Source of the DNA: a virus
Lineage: Duplodnaviria > Caudoviricetes
Length of the DNA stretch: 64,000 bases
IMG/VR virus record: IMGVR_UViG_2974796443_000001
Location: 1-64,000 of that record
Strand: one strand, 5' to 3'
Shown here: piece by piece, positions 1 to 9,348 of the stretch
Layout of the letters: each line of letters begins with the position of its first letter
Position numbering within the stretch: position 1 is the first letter of the stretch
Notes under the pieces: generated by a model
Database searches by the model: none
What the model saw: the letters and a program-made list of their open reading frames with translations, nothing else
Told to the model about the DNA's origin: nothing
Program-made: the position numbers and the translations under genes

Positions 1-234
1 GGAATTATCGCTAGTGAAGGTAAGATAGTTATTGTAGACGAACGTCAAGTAACAAGGAGATTTATAGAACAGGGTTCCAAAGACGGAATAAAGATGAGCG
101 ACTTAACCACTACTGGACGTGAGCTATTCTTAACTGCTTCCGTATTTATCTTTAGACCTAGCGCTGAAGCTTGGGTTCAACATAAACACCTTGCCCAATA
201 CAAGAGAGGTTATATAATGAAAACACGATGGTAG
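1..234 (+). CDS. 3' end of a gene truncated by the window edge
   Basis: Frame 1 is open from base 1 to TAG 232-234 and overlaps the next ATG. Confidence 0.6.
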   Translation, partial: GIIASEGKIVIVDERQVTRRFIEQGSKDGIKMSDLTTTGRELFLTASVFIFRPSAEAWVQHKHLAQYKRGYIMKTRW

Positions 235-623
235 AGATAACTAGAAAAGAAGCTCAGGCTGAAGCTAACGCTATTGAGAGCCTAAAGGGTAAATTACTTG
301 AATGCTCTTACCCTACTAGTACAATGACTAAGGGTAGGGCTTATGTAATACTCAACCACTTCAAGTATTTAAACAGGGTGAAGGATATAGGTTGGGTAGT
401 TGATGAGTTCGTAACCATCAAGAATAATTCGGGATATACGATCAAAGTCAACCGACGTAAGTTCACCAGAAGAAAGCCCTCTGCTGAGGCATGTTTAATG
501 TACCATATAGAAACAAGACCTAAAGCTACCACGCTTAAATTATTTAAAGCGGTTCATAAGATGGCGGAGCCAGACATGACATTTGATGAGTGGGTCTCTA
601 AATACATATTTACAAATGAGTAA
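228..623 (+). CDS. hypothetical protein
   Basis: 131-aa ORF, tightly packed with neighbours. Confidence 0.7.
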   Translation: MVEITRKEAQAEANAIESLKGKLLECSYPTSTMTKGRAYVILNHFKYLNRVKDIGWVVDEFVTIKNNSGYTIKVNRRKFTRRKPSAEACLMYHIETRPKATTLKLFKAVHKMAEPDMTFDEWVSKYIFTNE

Positions 624-1077
624 AGTATTCGTAGTACCTAAGTGGATGAAGCCTTATTGCAGTTCACCTATGTTACCCTTTACACCTGATCAGATTGCTG
701 ACTTCATTAATATGTCTGATGAACAGTCAGCCAGTTTAGGTTTAGAGAATGCTAGATTAGCTGCCATATCCAGAACCGACGTTATATTAAAGCTACATGA
801 GCTAGGCATTTTAGGGCACCACGTACGATGCGCCACCTGCGGTGTTCTTATTGATTGCAGGGATTTGAGCGAGGTATTCAAACATGAACACGATAGTACA
901 ATTGAGGTTCTTCCGTATGCTGGGTCTAAAGTATATAATCCAGAAGATTTATTTAAACAAGTTAAAGACGAACTATTCAAAGCTAGTGAGACTCTAGGGA
1001 CTGCTCCTACTGATGTTTATTTACTAGGCGTAGAAGCGGGAGTCTATGGTACTCATAAAATAATGAAAGATGTTTAA
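616..1077 (+). CDS. hypothetical protein with small CxxC..C..HxH metal-binding motif
   Basis: ATG 616 preferred to TTG 583; motif CATCG..DCRDL..VFKHEH. Confidence 0.6.
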   Translation: MSKVFVVPKWMKPYCSSPMLPFTPDQIADFINMSDEQSASLGLENARLAAISRTDVILKLHELGILGHHVRCATCGVLIDCRDLSEVFKHEHDSTIEVLPYAGSKVYNPEDLFKQVKDELFKASETLGTAPTDVYLLGVEAGVYGTHKIMKDV

Positions 1078-1456
1078 GAAATTATTTTCACCTGCTATTA
1101 GGACTTTAACAATTACTAAGACTGTGGTTAAGCCTATGTACTTAGCTAAACCAAAAATCTCTCAGGTTCTTAGTGTCTCTGACGTTAGTGTTGGTGACTA
1201 TATACTAAGGAAGACTTATACAGTGCCTTATAATAATATGAAAGGCGCTATGCCTAATGGGATAACTAAAGTTCTTAGTATTGATTCTAAAGCTAAACTA
1301 CTTTATACTAAGACTACTAACGGAACAACTATAAAAATATTTTTGTCCGAGCTAGATTCTCACGGGTGTAACACTAGAGGGTCTGAGAGTATGGAATGTT
1401 ATTACCAAGATAGTTATTATAAATTAACCCCTATAGATCAAGTTTATTATGAATAA
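1070..1456 (+). CDS. hypothetical protein
   Basis: 128-aa ORF with overlapping junctions. Confidence 0.65.
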   Translation: MFKKLFSPAIRTLTITKTVVKPMYLAKPKISQVLSVSDVSVGDYILRKTYTVPYNNMKGAMPNGITKVLSIDSKAKLLYTKTTNGTTIKIFLSELDSHGCNTRGSESMECYYQDSYYKLTPIDQVYYE

Positions 1457-1748
1457 ACCAACAGTAGAAGAAGTTAAAGACTGGATATCCGAATTTGGTT
1501 ATTACTTACACTCACATTCAGGAGATAAGCAACTTCTTACATTCACTCATGAATCCTTAGATAGTGACTATCCTGCAATAACAGTAACTATTAAAGACGA
1601 GACTAAAGTCAGTTTCAATGGAGGTGACCTTAAATTCTTCTTTCAAATAGTAGGAGGTCCAATTCAGTATAAGCATCCTCAGATGCAAAGGTATATAATA
1701 ATATTTAAACACTACGCACAAGTCTGTGCTACTAATTCTCCGTTCTAA
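1449..1748 (+). CDS. hypothetical protein
   Basis: 99-aa ORF, TAATG coupling to next gene. Confidence 0.65.
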   Translation: MNKPTVEEVKDWISEFGYYLHSHSGDKQLLTFTHESLDSDYPAITVTIKDETKVSFNGGDLKFFFQIVGGPIQYKHPQMQRYIIIFKHYAQVCATNSPF

Positions 1749-2374
1749 TGAGATACGTAAAAAGCGATCAACTAAAGTTATCTAAGTTAAGAGTCCTATC
1801 TAAATTCCTAGAGGGACATAAAGGCTTCATTGCTGGAGGTGTATTCAAAGACATCTTTAATAACAAGCCGTTTAAGGATATTGATATATTCTTCAGAACT
1901 GAGGAAGACCTAGCTGATGCTATTGCCTACTTTACAGATAAAGTTGATTCTAAAGATAATAAAGTCTATTGGAAATACTATGAGAACAAACAAGCAATAG
2001 CTTTCAAGACTGCCTCTACCTCAGTAACTATTGAACTCATCAAGACTACAGTAGGTACCCCTAGAGAAGTAATGACCCAATTTGATTTCTCTATTACTAG
2101 GTTCGCTTACGGTCACAATAAAAACTCTTCTGAGGATGCTACTAGTTATATTGCTATCTACGATTCCAGATTCTTTGAACACCTAGTTACTAAGAAACTT
2201 GTATTAGAAGCCCCTGATCAAATTAAATTCCCTGTCTCTACTTTCGACAGATCATATAGATATGCCAAGTATGGCTATGGTTTATGTAAGGAATCTAAGC
2301 AAAATCTTATCGAAGCCCTACAAGGGGCTGATATTAACGACTTAAGTAATAGTCTTTACTTCGGAATCGACTAA
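1748..2374 (+). CDS. nucleotidyltransferase (polyA-polymerase/CCA head-like)
   Basis: FIAGGVFKD..KDIDIF and FDFSI motifs of class II NTase heads. Confidence 0.75.
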   Translation: MRYVKSDQLKLSKLRVLSKFLEGHKGFIAGGVFKDIFNNKPFKDIDIFFRTEEDLADAIAYFTDKVDSKDNKVYWKYYENKQAIAFKTASTSVTIELIKTTVGTPREVMTQFDFSITRFAYGHNKNSSEDATSYIAIYDSRFFEHLVTKKLVLEAPDQIKFPVSTFDRSYRYAKYGYGLCKESKQNLIEALQGADINDLSNSLYFGID

Positions 2375-2392
2375 AACATCTACATATTAAGT

Positions 2393-2471
2393 CCGTTTAA
2401 CGTTTTAATCACTCCGTTTAACGTTTTTATTCATAATTACTTTGTTTTCCCGTCAAACAACCCGAAATTTG
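2393..2471 (+). promoter_or_regulatory. early promoter P1, Bacteroidota -33/-7 type, with upstream direct repeats
   Basis: TTTG(2441)-N19-GAAATTTG(2464); CCGTTTAACGTTT at 2393 and 2414; same layout at 3678 and 15014. Confidence 0.75.
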
Positions 2472-2500
2472 TTGTGTTGTTTAACCGTAAACCGAAACCC

Positions 2501-2698
2501 ATGAAAACAGTAATAACCCTAATCGCTCTTCTTTCCTTCTCTCTTGCTTCCGCCAACTCGGAAGAGGTAAAAATAGAAAAGGTTGAAGTAATCGAAATGC
2601 CAGTTAAAGCTGAGGTCGCTAGGTTGTATAAATTTAAGAACAGCCGAATCAAGAAAGCCTTGAATTTCGAAACTAAGAAAGTAACTAAATTATGTTAA
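2501..2698 (+). CDS. small secreted basic protein
   Basis: Signal peptide MKTVITLIALLSFSLASA; basic C-terminus ARLYKFKNSRIKKAL. Confidence 0.7.
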   Translation: MKTVITLIALLSFSLASANSEEVKIEKVEVIEMPVKAEVARLYKFKNSRIKKALNFETKKVTKLC

Positions 2699-2700
2699 TT

Positions 2701-2865
2701 ATGAAAACCTTAATCGTTAATCCAGAAATGTTTATCTTTGAAGAATACGTCCTTGCCGGAACTGCCTTCCTATTCCTAATGCTAGCGGGAGTTGTGCTTA
2801 AGAGGTCTTTCGATAATGCCCGTTGGGCGAAGAGAGAATTAGCTAACCTTAAAAACAATAAATAA
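2701..2865 (+). CDS. small single-TM protein (54 aa, absent from ORF track)
   Basis: Hand translation MKTLIVNPEM..VLAGTAFLFLMLAGVVL..; fills the gap exactly. Confidence 0.65.
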   Translation: MKTLIVNPEMFIFEEYVLAGTAFLFLMLAGVVLKRSFDNARWAKRELANLKNNK

Positions 2866-2866
2866 T

Positions 2867-3478
2867 ATGAGAACTTACGAAACGATAGAATTTACTCCAA
2901 TAGGAAAAAGTTACTGGGCTGGTTGTGGTTCTTATAATGCTGAACTACAGAAATATATGGATGAGTTAGTCCCTAGCTCTGGTCCAGCTGATTCGGTTGA
3001 AGGAGAACTAGTCCGAGGACTTGCCCGTCTTAACTACGACTACGGCAATAACGGTAACTGTAATGTTGTTCAGCAAGAGTGGGAGACGGAAGAGTACTCC
3101 TGTAGTAGCTGCGGTGGTTCTGGCGAGTGTGATACTTATGAAGAAGAAGACGAGCCTGAAGATTGCGATGCTTGTGGTGGCTCTGGTTATGAAGAGGAAG
3201 AAGTCGAGGGAGAGATAACCATAGGTGACTACTACCAAAAGTTTATTGACCTAATACTTAAAACGGTTCCTGACATCAGTCCTGAAATAAGTAACCTAAC
3301 TGATCTCTACGATAGAGTCGGGTCTAGCCCAACGTTCGAAGATGCTGAAACTAACATCTTTGACCGACTAATAGATAAGGCAACTTTCTTCCTTCTACAG
3401 AGACCTGAGGATGCGGAACTAACCCCACTACCAGAAGACTACCCTGAGAAGAATGTTGAACCTGCTCCTTTTCGTTAA
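2867..3478 (+). CDS. acidic protein with DnaJ-type CxxCxGxG zinc finger
   Basis: CSSCGGSG and CDACGGSG. Confidence 0.7.
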   Translation: MRTYETIEFTPIGKSYWAGCGSYNAELQKYMDELVPSSGPADSVEGELVRGLARLNYDYGNNGNCNVVQQEWETEEYSCSSCGGSGECDTYEEEDEPEDCDACGGSGYEEEEVEGEITIGDYYQKFIDLILKTVPDISPEISNLTDLYDRVGSSPTFEDAETNIFDRLIDKATFFLLQRPEDAELTPLPEDYPEKNVEPAPFR

Positions 3479-3499
3479 TAACCTTAAAATAAAATAATT

Positions 3500-3676
3500 A
3501 TGAATACTTTTCTTGGAATCTTAGTTTTGTTAGTAATCGGTTTAGGTCTCCTTAGTGGAGCCAGAGTAAAAACCCGTCCTCAAGGTAGACCTAATGGGTC
3601 AAGTGGTAATGGAGCTCTGAGTATTATCTCCCTCCTAATCTTAATCATAGTAATAGTTGGCGGGTTATTCTCATAA
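3500..3676 (+). CDS. small two-TM membrane protein (58 aa, absent from ORF track)
   Basis: Hand translation MNTFLGILVLLVIGLGLLSG...IISLLILIIVIVGGLFS. Confidence 0.65.
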   Translation: MNTFLGILVLLVIGLGLLSGARVKTRPQGRPNGSSGNGALSIISLLILIIVIVGGLFS

Positions 3677-3677
3677 T

Positions 3678-3756
3678 CCGTTTAACGTTTAAATCGAACC
3701 GTTCAACGTTTTTCTTAATAATCACTTTGTTTTCTCCCCAAAGAGCCCGAAATTTG
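3678..3756 (+). promoter_or_regulatory. early promoter P2
   Basis: TTTG(3726)-N19-GAAATTTG(3749); repeats at 3678 and 3699. Confidence 0.75.
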
Positions 3757-3785
3757 TTGTGTTGTTTAACTTTAAATTTTTAACT

Positions 3786-4385
3786 ATGAAACACCTAATC
3801 CTAATTGCCTTAAGTTCTCTTCTGTTCCTGTCTTGTTCTAAAGAAGAGCTAACTACCGAAACCTTATTTGAGTATAACTCTAATCAACCAACCGTAATTA
3901 ACGTAGAAGTGATTCCTACCGAAGACGTAACTCTAAACTTTGCTGAAATGGAATACGTGGTTAACTCCGAATACTTCCACCGTTACGGAATTCACTTAAA
4001 CCTTGTTGAGTCTGCCCGAATCGAATTAGATGAGAGAATAACCGACGGTCCTCAAATCTTCCTACCTTTCGATACTGACCGAGACGTAGTTAGGAACCAC
4101 ATCAAAGTATATGTGTTGTCTGAAGATAATATAAACTTCTGGGGAAGTCCTTCTGGTTATGCAATGGTAGACCAGCTTAATGTGATGATTCGGGAAGACG
4201 TCCAAACAGAACGAACTGTTGCACATGAAATAGCTCACGTCTTGGGTCTTGGTCATAACGACACTAAGGGAAATATGATGACCGAGAAAGTTGCCTTGGG
4301 TAGCTCGATAGTATATGACTTTACCGAGGAGCAAGTTGCTATAATGATGGCAACGATAGCTGACAGAAACCTTAACACTAAATAA
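3786..4385 (+). CDS. lipoprotein metzincin-type zinc metalloprotease
   Basis: Lipobox LFLSC; HEIAHVLGLGH followed by Met-turn NMM. Confidence 0.85.
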   Translation: MKHLILIALSSLLFLSCSKEELTTETLFEYNSNQPTVINVEVIPTEDVTLNFAEMEYVVNSEYFHRYGIHLNLVESARIELDERITDGPQIFLPFDTDRDVVRNHIKVYVLSEDNINFWGSPSGYAMVDQLNVMIREDVQTERTVAHEIAHVLGLGHNDTKGNMMTEKVALGSSIVYDFTEEQVAIMMATIADRNLNTK

Positions 4386-4419
4386 GACTTATATCCAAAC
4401 CCCTTTAAATATATCACAC

Positions 4420-5409
4420 ATGGAAAATACATTAATTGAAAAACTTAGTAAACTACTTAAGAAAGCTGAATCAGCTAAGGAGCTCGGGTCTCTTGACGAA
4501 GCGAACATGTTTATGGCTAAGGTGCAGGAACTATGTACTAAGCACCAACTGGAAATGTCTGAAGTACGTGACTTCAATGAGAAGCCTAAAATAACTACTA
4601 CTCGAGAACAAGCTAAAGCATATAACGAGAAACACGGATATGGATATGGTCACCCTGACCGTAAAGCAGCTTCTGCTATTGACTGGCAGACTAACGGGCT
4701 TGAAGGACATTGGAACCTAACCTTAATTGATATCCTAGCTGAGCACAATTTATGTAAAGCTTTATTCGGACAGACTTACGCCACGAGTACGCTAATCGGA
4801 ACTGAGGATAATATCGAAATCGTTAAATACTTATATGCGGTAATAAAACCAATTATCCTTGACCTCGCTAAAGCTGAGTGGAAGAAAATGGTGAAAGACA
4901 TGAAGGAGTCCTTCGTTGTTTGGTCTTCTCCAGATTCTAAACTAACTGCTATGTCTAAGCGGAAAATGTTGACTGAGGAAATGGATAATAAGTTTAAGTG
5001 GAACGACTGGGTATATGACCAAATGGAGATCGATACTAAAGCTGAACCTGCTCCTAATGGTGATGTGCGATGGTGGAGAGCTGATATAAACCGTCTTCTC
5101 CCTAATCGAACTAATTGGATTAGAGCTTATTGCCAAGGCGCTGCTGAGGGTATTGATTATAAGTTACACAAAGATAAACGTGAAATGGAGCAATCGTTAA
5201 GAGAGCAAGTTGAGGGTCTAATAAAAGTTAATGACGCTGAGCTAAATGCCTACTACGAAGAGAACTATAAGAATGTTGGTACCACTCGTAACCCTACTGC
5301 TAACGAACCTGCCTACGCTAAGGCAAAGGGTTATGAGTCAGGTAAAACTATATCGTACGCAAGAGGAATGTCTTCAGGTAAGACAACCGCAACTAAGCAA
5401 CTTAAATAA
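4420..5409 (+). CDS. DUF2786-like domain protein
   Basis: N-terminal IEKLSKLLKKAES..EA..FMAKVQEL..KH signature. Confidence 0.7.
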   Translation: MENTLIEKLSKLLKKAESAKELGSLDEANMFMAKVQELCTKHQLEMSEVRDFNEKPKITTTREQAKAYNEKHGYGYGHPDRKAASAIDWQTNGLEGHWNLTLIDILAEHNLCKALFGQTYATSTLIGTEDNIEIVKYLYAVIKPIILDLAKAEWKKMVKDMKESFVVWSSPDSKLTAMSKRKMLTEEMDNKFKWNDWVYDQMEIDTKAEPAPNGDVRWWRADINRLLPNRTNWIRAYCQGAAEGIDYKLHKDKREMEQSLREQVEGLIKVNDAELNAYYEENYKNVGTTRNPTANEPAYAKAKGYESGKTISYARGMSSGKTTATKQLK

Positions 5410-5498
5410 CGATAAATCTAGGTCTTGATTTTAAAGGGGAACTTAACCTTTGAATCCCCCCAATTCGAGATCATGAGCCCCTCTATAAACTTAACTAC

Positions 5499-5759
5499 AT
5501 GTCTGATATTTCGATATTCGCTAAATTACGTGACTTCTTAAATTCTAAGGGTACTATTCAAAGTGGAGAGCTAGCTAACATATTTCCAGTAGCTACTCTC
5601 CCTAAGGTTGAACGATACAAAGAAAAATTTACTAAAACTGGATTCCTAATCCAAGACGGTGAGTCTACTCTCGTAGTCAGCCAACATATACCTGAGTCTC
5701 TATCCTTGAGACAACTGAATGCTTTATATAATTTGGAAGAACTCCATAAAGCCGTTTAA
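5499..5759 (+). CDS. hypothetical protein, possible winged helix
   Basis: 86-aa ORF with helical pattern then ..KTGFL. Confidence 0.5.
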   Translation: MSDISIFAKLRDFLNSKGTIQSGELANIFPVATLPKVERYKEKFTKTGFLIQDGESTLVVSQHIPESLSLRQLNALYNLEELHKAV

Positions 5760-5840
5760 GCACTCTTTAAATTCTCCCCGCACCTTTCGCCCAAACATTT
5801 AATAACATTCCTTAAAACCCCTCTAAACATGTTCAAACAT
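5752..5840. repeat. dispersed intergenic element, copy 1
   Basis: CACCTTTCGCCCAAA (5781-5795) is the exact reverse complement of 49008-49022; followed by phased TAAA arm. Confidence 0.8.
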
Positions 5841-6209
5841 TCTATTAGGAGCGTTCTCCAAACGCCCGTTGAAATACAATTGTCAAAAGAGAGCTGGATA
5901 TATACTCCATCAACTTTCCCAAAGAGAAATAGATACAATAGACTTTATCTTAAAGGAACTGAATCTTATCTTCGAACTAATGAAGCTCTCATCTTATTAT
6001 ACCTTGCAGATAAATTTGATACCTATGTTAATCTAACTTGTTTGATGAACCACATAGGTTATGCTGACACTGCTGACTCTCGTCGATTGATGAGTTATTC
6101 GTTCTTAAATGTTAAACAATTTCTTTTGATTTTAGATAACTACTTGCTTGAGTTCAACCACGGTGACCAAGTAAGATTAATAAACAAGAACGATTATGTA
6201 CACCATTAA
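5829..6209 (+). CDS. divergent OmpR/PhoB-type winged-helix protein
   Basis: LRTNEALILLYLA..L..IGY..SRR.M pattern resembles Trans_reg_C. Confidence 0.5.
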   Translation: MFKHSIRSVLQTPVEIQLSKESWIYTPSTFPKRNRYNRLYLKGTESYLRTNEALILLYLADKFDTYVNLTCLMNHIGYADTADSRRLMSYSFLNVKQFLLILDNYLLEFNHGDQVRLINKNDYVHH

Positions 6210-6390
6210 AGAATTACAATTTGTCTTACTATTCGAGGTCTTCACTTTCGATGACATGGATAACTGGCAAGCAGCTGTTCATTCCTTATTCAACTTGTTT
6301 CCTAAGTTATATTCGACGGATGAAATAGATACTATCTTTATGTTAGCTCAGGAAAAGTATGACTCCCTAATATATACCTTAGATGAATAG
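6196..6390 (+). CDS. hypothetical protein
   Basis: 64-aa ORF with overlapping junctions. Confidence 0.6.
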   Translation: MYTIKELQFVLLFEVFTFDDMDNWQAAVHSLFNLFPKLYSTDEIDTIFMLAQEKYDSLIYTLDE

Positions 6391-6811
6391 TGTTAGAGAG
6401 ATACTAAGCCAATATATAGATCAAGAGCATCTACTTAGTAAAGCCGTTTCTGAGGTAACCGAGTTCTATTCAATTAAATTTGAAGACTTTGAATTTAATC
6501 TATTTAGTGATGAGGTTCCTGTAAAGTTTTATAAATCAGGAGGTAAGAGCTCAATGGAATATAAGAAGTTTCATAAGATAGGTATTATACCTCAAATGTT
6601 TATGATCTTAGCTAAGTCTCCTGAGAAGCCTATATCCAAAGTGAATTTAATAAAAACTATTTGGGGTTCCTATGATAAGTACATTGATAATTCATTTAGG
6701 GTACAAATAGGATTTATGAAAAAATTACTGAAAGATAACAATTCTCCTTGGCGTATTGATACCTCTAAAATAAATCAAATTAAATTTACCACCTCTAATG
6801 AATCAGATTAA
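6383..6811 (+). CDS. OmpR/PhoB-type winged-helix DNA-binding protein without receiver domain
   Basis: MFMILAKSPEKPISKVNLIKTIWG..NSFRVQIGFMKKLL. Confidence 0.7.
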   Translation: MNSVREILSQYIDQEHLLSKAVSEVTEFYSIKFEDFEFNLFSDEVPVKFYKSGGKSSMEYKKFHKIGIIPQMFMILAKSPEKPISKVNLIKTIWGSYDKYIDNSFRVQIGFMKKLLKDNNSPWRIDTSKINQIKFTTSNESD

Positions 6812-7208
6812 GAAGAATATTATTAAGAAGTACCTTCCTGACTTTGTATATAGTACTACTAAGTCCGTTGAAGTAACTCCAGATCAACTAAGAGACATGA
6901 TGGAAGATTATCATGGTAAGATGCATAATGCTGCTCTAACTCTAAAGATGACTGAGAAGACTCCTATCTTCCATTTTGAAAATTGGGAGACAGGAAATGA
7001 ATTGGAATACACGGATATCAGATGTAAAAAAGAAATCGGATTTACTTTCTCTGAGATCAAAGCTTCCATGGAACTATTCTATCCAAATGACGATATAGTT
7101 TATTTCACCTCTGATATAGGAGGTTTGAATTTAATAATAACCCACGAGCCTGAAGGGTACACTATTTATAGAGTGCTTACTAAAACTCACGATACTGCAG
7201 GTTATTAA
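6798..7208 (+). CDS. hypothetical protein
   Basis: 136-aa ORF. Confidence 0.65.
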   Translation: MNQIKKNIIKKYLPDFVYSTTKSVEVTPDQLRDMMEDYHGKMHNAALTLKMTEKTPIFHFENWETGNELEYTDIRCKKEIGFTFSEIKASMELFYPNDDIVYFTSDIGGLNLIITHEPEGYTIYRVLTKTHDTAGY

Positions 7209-7300
7209 ACTCTTTCTCGTTCCCCCACTCTTTTATTGCCAATTCGCCCAAAGTTTTCGCTGGGTTAAGTGCGGAACGAAATAATTGTAAAAACTAGATT

Positions 7301-9316
7301 ATGAAGAAAATCAGTTTATTTTATTGCTTACTAATGGTACTAACCCTTGTTGGGTGTAGTATTGACAAAGACCCTCAGACACTTGTCATAGAGGGAATCG
7401 ATGGGTCGTCCTCCCTTGTAAGGTGGTCTCAAGAACCAATCGGTAGTAATTGTGACAACGGAGGAATCCGTTTACAATTCGGTTTGGATTTAGACTTTAG
7501 CGGAAGCTTGTCTGACAACGAGGTGTCCTCAACCGCTTTTGTTTGTAACGGGATTAATGGAGCCGACGGTGCTTCTGCCCTAGTTACTGTTGAACCAGTT
7601 AACGGAGACGATGAGTACTCTAATGGTGGTGTTAAAATTAATACGGGTTACGACCTTAATGGTAACGGTCTTCTGGAAGAGAACGAAGTATCCTACAGTG
7701 AGTTTGTTCCTAACGGTGCTGATGGCTCAGATGGAGCTGACGGTTCGGATGGTTCAACCGCTTTAGTTAACACAACTATAATTAGTGATGGTGAGGAATA
7801 CGAGGGAACAGTTTATGTCTCTGGTGGTTTCATCTTTACTTCAGGACTTGACTTGAATAGTAACGGTTTATTAGATGAGTCTGAAATAACTGAAACTAAA
7901 ATTGTTGAAAACGGGGTTGACGGTAAGTCTCTTGCTTTCTCTGTTGAAGTTGTTGAGGAATCTGAAGAGTGCCCTACTGGTGGACTTATCCTTTACTTAG
8001 GACTTGATCAAGACGGTGACGGCTTACTTACTGGGTCTGAGATATCTGACGGACAAGGCTTCCCTATCTGTAATGGGCTTAATGGCGCTGACGGAGAAGA
8101 CGGATTTACTTCTTTAAGTGAATCTTCCTACTTTGAAAATCAAATCGGGTCAGGTGTTATAACCTATACAGGACTAGACAGGAATAATAACGGAACCTTA
8201 GATGAGGATGAAGTTACTGGTTCTTTTGTTATCTACAATGGTCTTGACGGCTCAGATGGAGCTGACGGCTCAGATGGTGCTGACGGAGAAGACGGTGCTG
8301 ATGGTTCAGATGGAGCTGACGGTTTTACAACTTTGTTTAAATTCGTTCTTACTCCTACTGGTACTCTGATATCTTCAGGTTTAGATAATGGTGATGGACT
8401 TTTAGGAACTGCTTATGACGGAATCCTATCCTTAACTGAAGTAGATAACCTTACGTTTGTCTCTAATGGGGTTGACGGTATAGATGGACTTGACGGTCAA
8501 GATGGAGAAGATGGTAAAACAGTAATAACTCGAACTAATAAAGTGGACGGTGTAACTACAGTTGAATTTGGTTATATAATTGACGGGGAGTTTGAGTTAA
8601 TAGACTCTATAACAATTAATGACGGAACTAACGGAGAAGATGGTGCTGATGGCTCAGATGGAGCTGACGGTTCGGATGGCGCTGACGGAGAAGACGGAGT
8701 TGATGGTATGCCAAGCTTTGTTGAAGTAACTGACTTACCTTGTGATCCTTCAGTATGCGCTAACGGAGGTATCCGAGTTTCTGCTGGTTATGATTTAGAT
8801 AATAACGGAACTCTTGAAGGGTCTGAAATCCTTAGTACTAAAGTTATCTGTAATGGTAATAATGGATTGAACGGTCAAGATGGGGAAGACGGTCAGGACG
8901 GAGCTGATGGTGAAGATGGAGCTGGCGGGGTTTGTCCTGAATGTGACTTTGAAGAAAACTGTAAGGAAGGAACTGTTATAATCTGCCATAAAGAGGGTAA
9001 CACTAAAACCCAACTTGAATTGACGTTCCCTCAGTACATCCAACACGTTTACGAAGTTCATAATGGTAATAGTACTCAGAATGACTCTTTCGGTCCATGC
9101 TACACTCCTACAGAGATTTGTGTTAAGAAGTGGGTTTGTACAGGACATAGCTCAAGCTCTTGGGGTACTTCATATCACTCTAACGAAGAATCTTCTAATT
9201 GTAATAGAGGTAGTTGGGTTAGATATAATGTGATTCCTGAAACTGAAGCTGACTACAACTTCTGGTTCAACGAGTATATCCACAAACATGGAACAAGCTC
9301 AACTCCTTGTAACTAA
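7301..9316 (+). CDS. surface lipoprotein with repeated DxDxNG Ca-binding modules and collagen-like GxD linkers
   Basis: Lipobox LVGC; about 7 GG..GLDxxxNGxL..E modules; DGADGSDG runs; C-terminal ICH..H.G..D..GPC motif. Confidence 0.85.
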   Translation: MKKISLFYCLLMVLTLVGCSIDKDPQTLVIEGIDGSSSLVRWSQEPIGSNCDNGGIRLQFGLDLDFSGSLSDNEVSSTAFVCNGINGADGASALVTVEPVNGDDEYSNGGVKINTGYDLNGNGLLEENEVSYSEFVPNGADGSDGADGSDGSTALVNTTIISDGEEYEGTVYVSGGFIFTSGLDLNSNGLLDESEITETKIVENGVDGKSLAFSVEVVEESEECPTGGLILYLGLDQDGDGLLTGSEISDGQGFPICNGLNGADGEDGFTSLSESSYFENQIGSGVITYTGLDRNNNGTLDEDEVTGSFVIYNGLDGSDGADGSDGADGEDGADGSDGADGFTTLFKFVLTPTGTLISSGLDNGDGLLGTAYDGILSLTEVDNLTFVSNGVDGIDGLDGQDGEDGKTVITRTNKVDGVTTVEFGYIIDGEFELIDSITINDGTNGEDGADGSDGADGSDGADGEDGVDGMPSFVEVTDLPCDPSVCANGGIRVSAGYDLDNNGTLEGSEILSTKVICNGNNGLNGQDGEDGQDGADGEDGAGGVCPECDFEENCKEGTVIICHKEGNTKTQLELTFPQYIQHVYEVHNGNSTQNDSFGPCYTPTEICVKKWVCTGHSSSSWGTSYHSNEESSNCNRGSWVRYNVIPETEADYNFWFNEYIHKHGTSSTPCN

Positions 9317-9348
9317 TAAATTAATCATAAATAATAAAAACAATTAAG

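Noticed and set aside
7236-7260. Extra copy of the dispersed element (TTCGCCCAAA)
   Set aside because: Partial core only, with no phased TAAA arm
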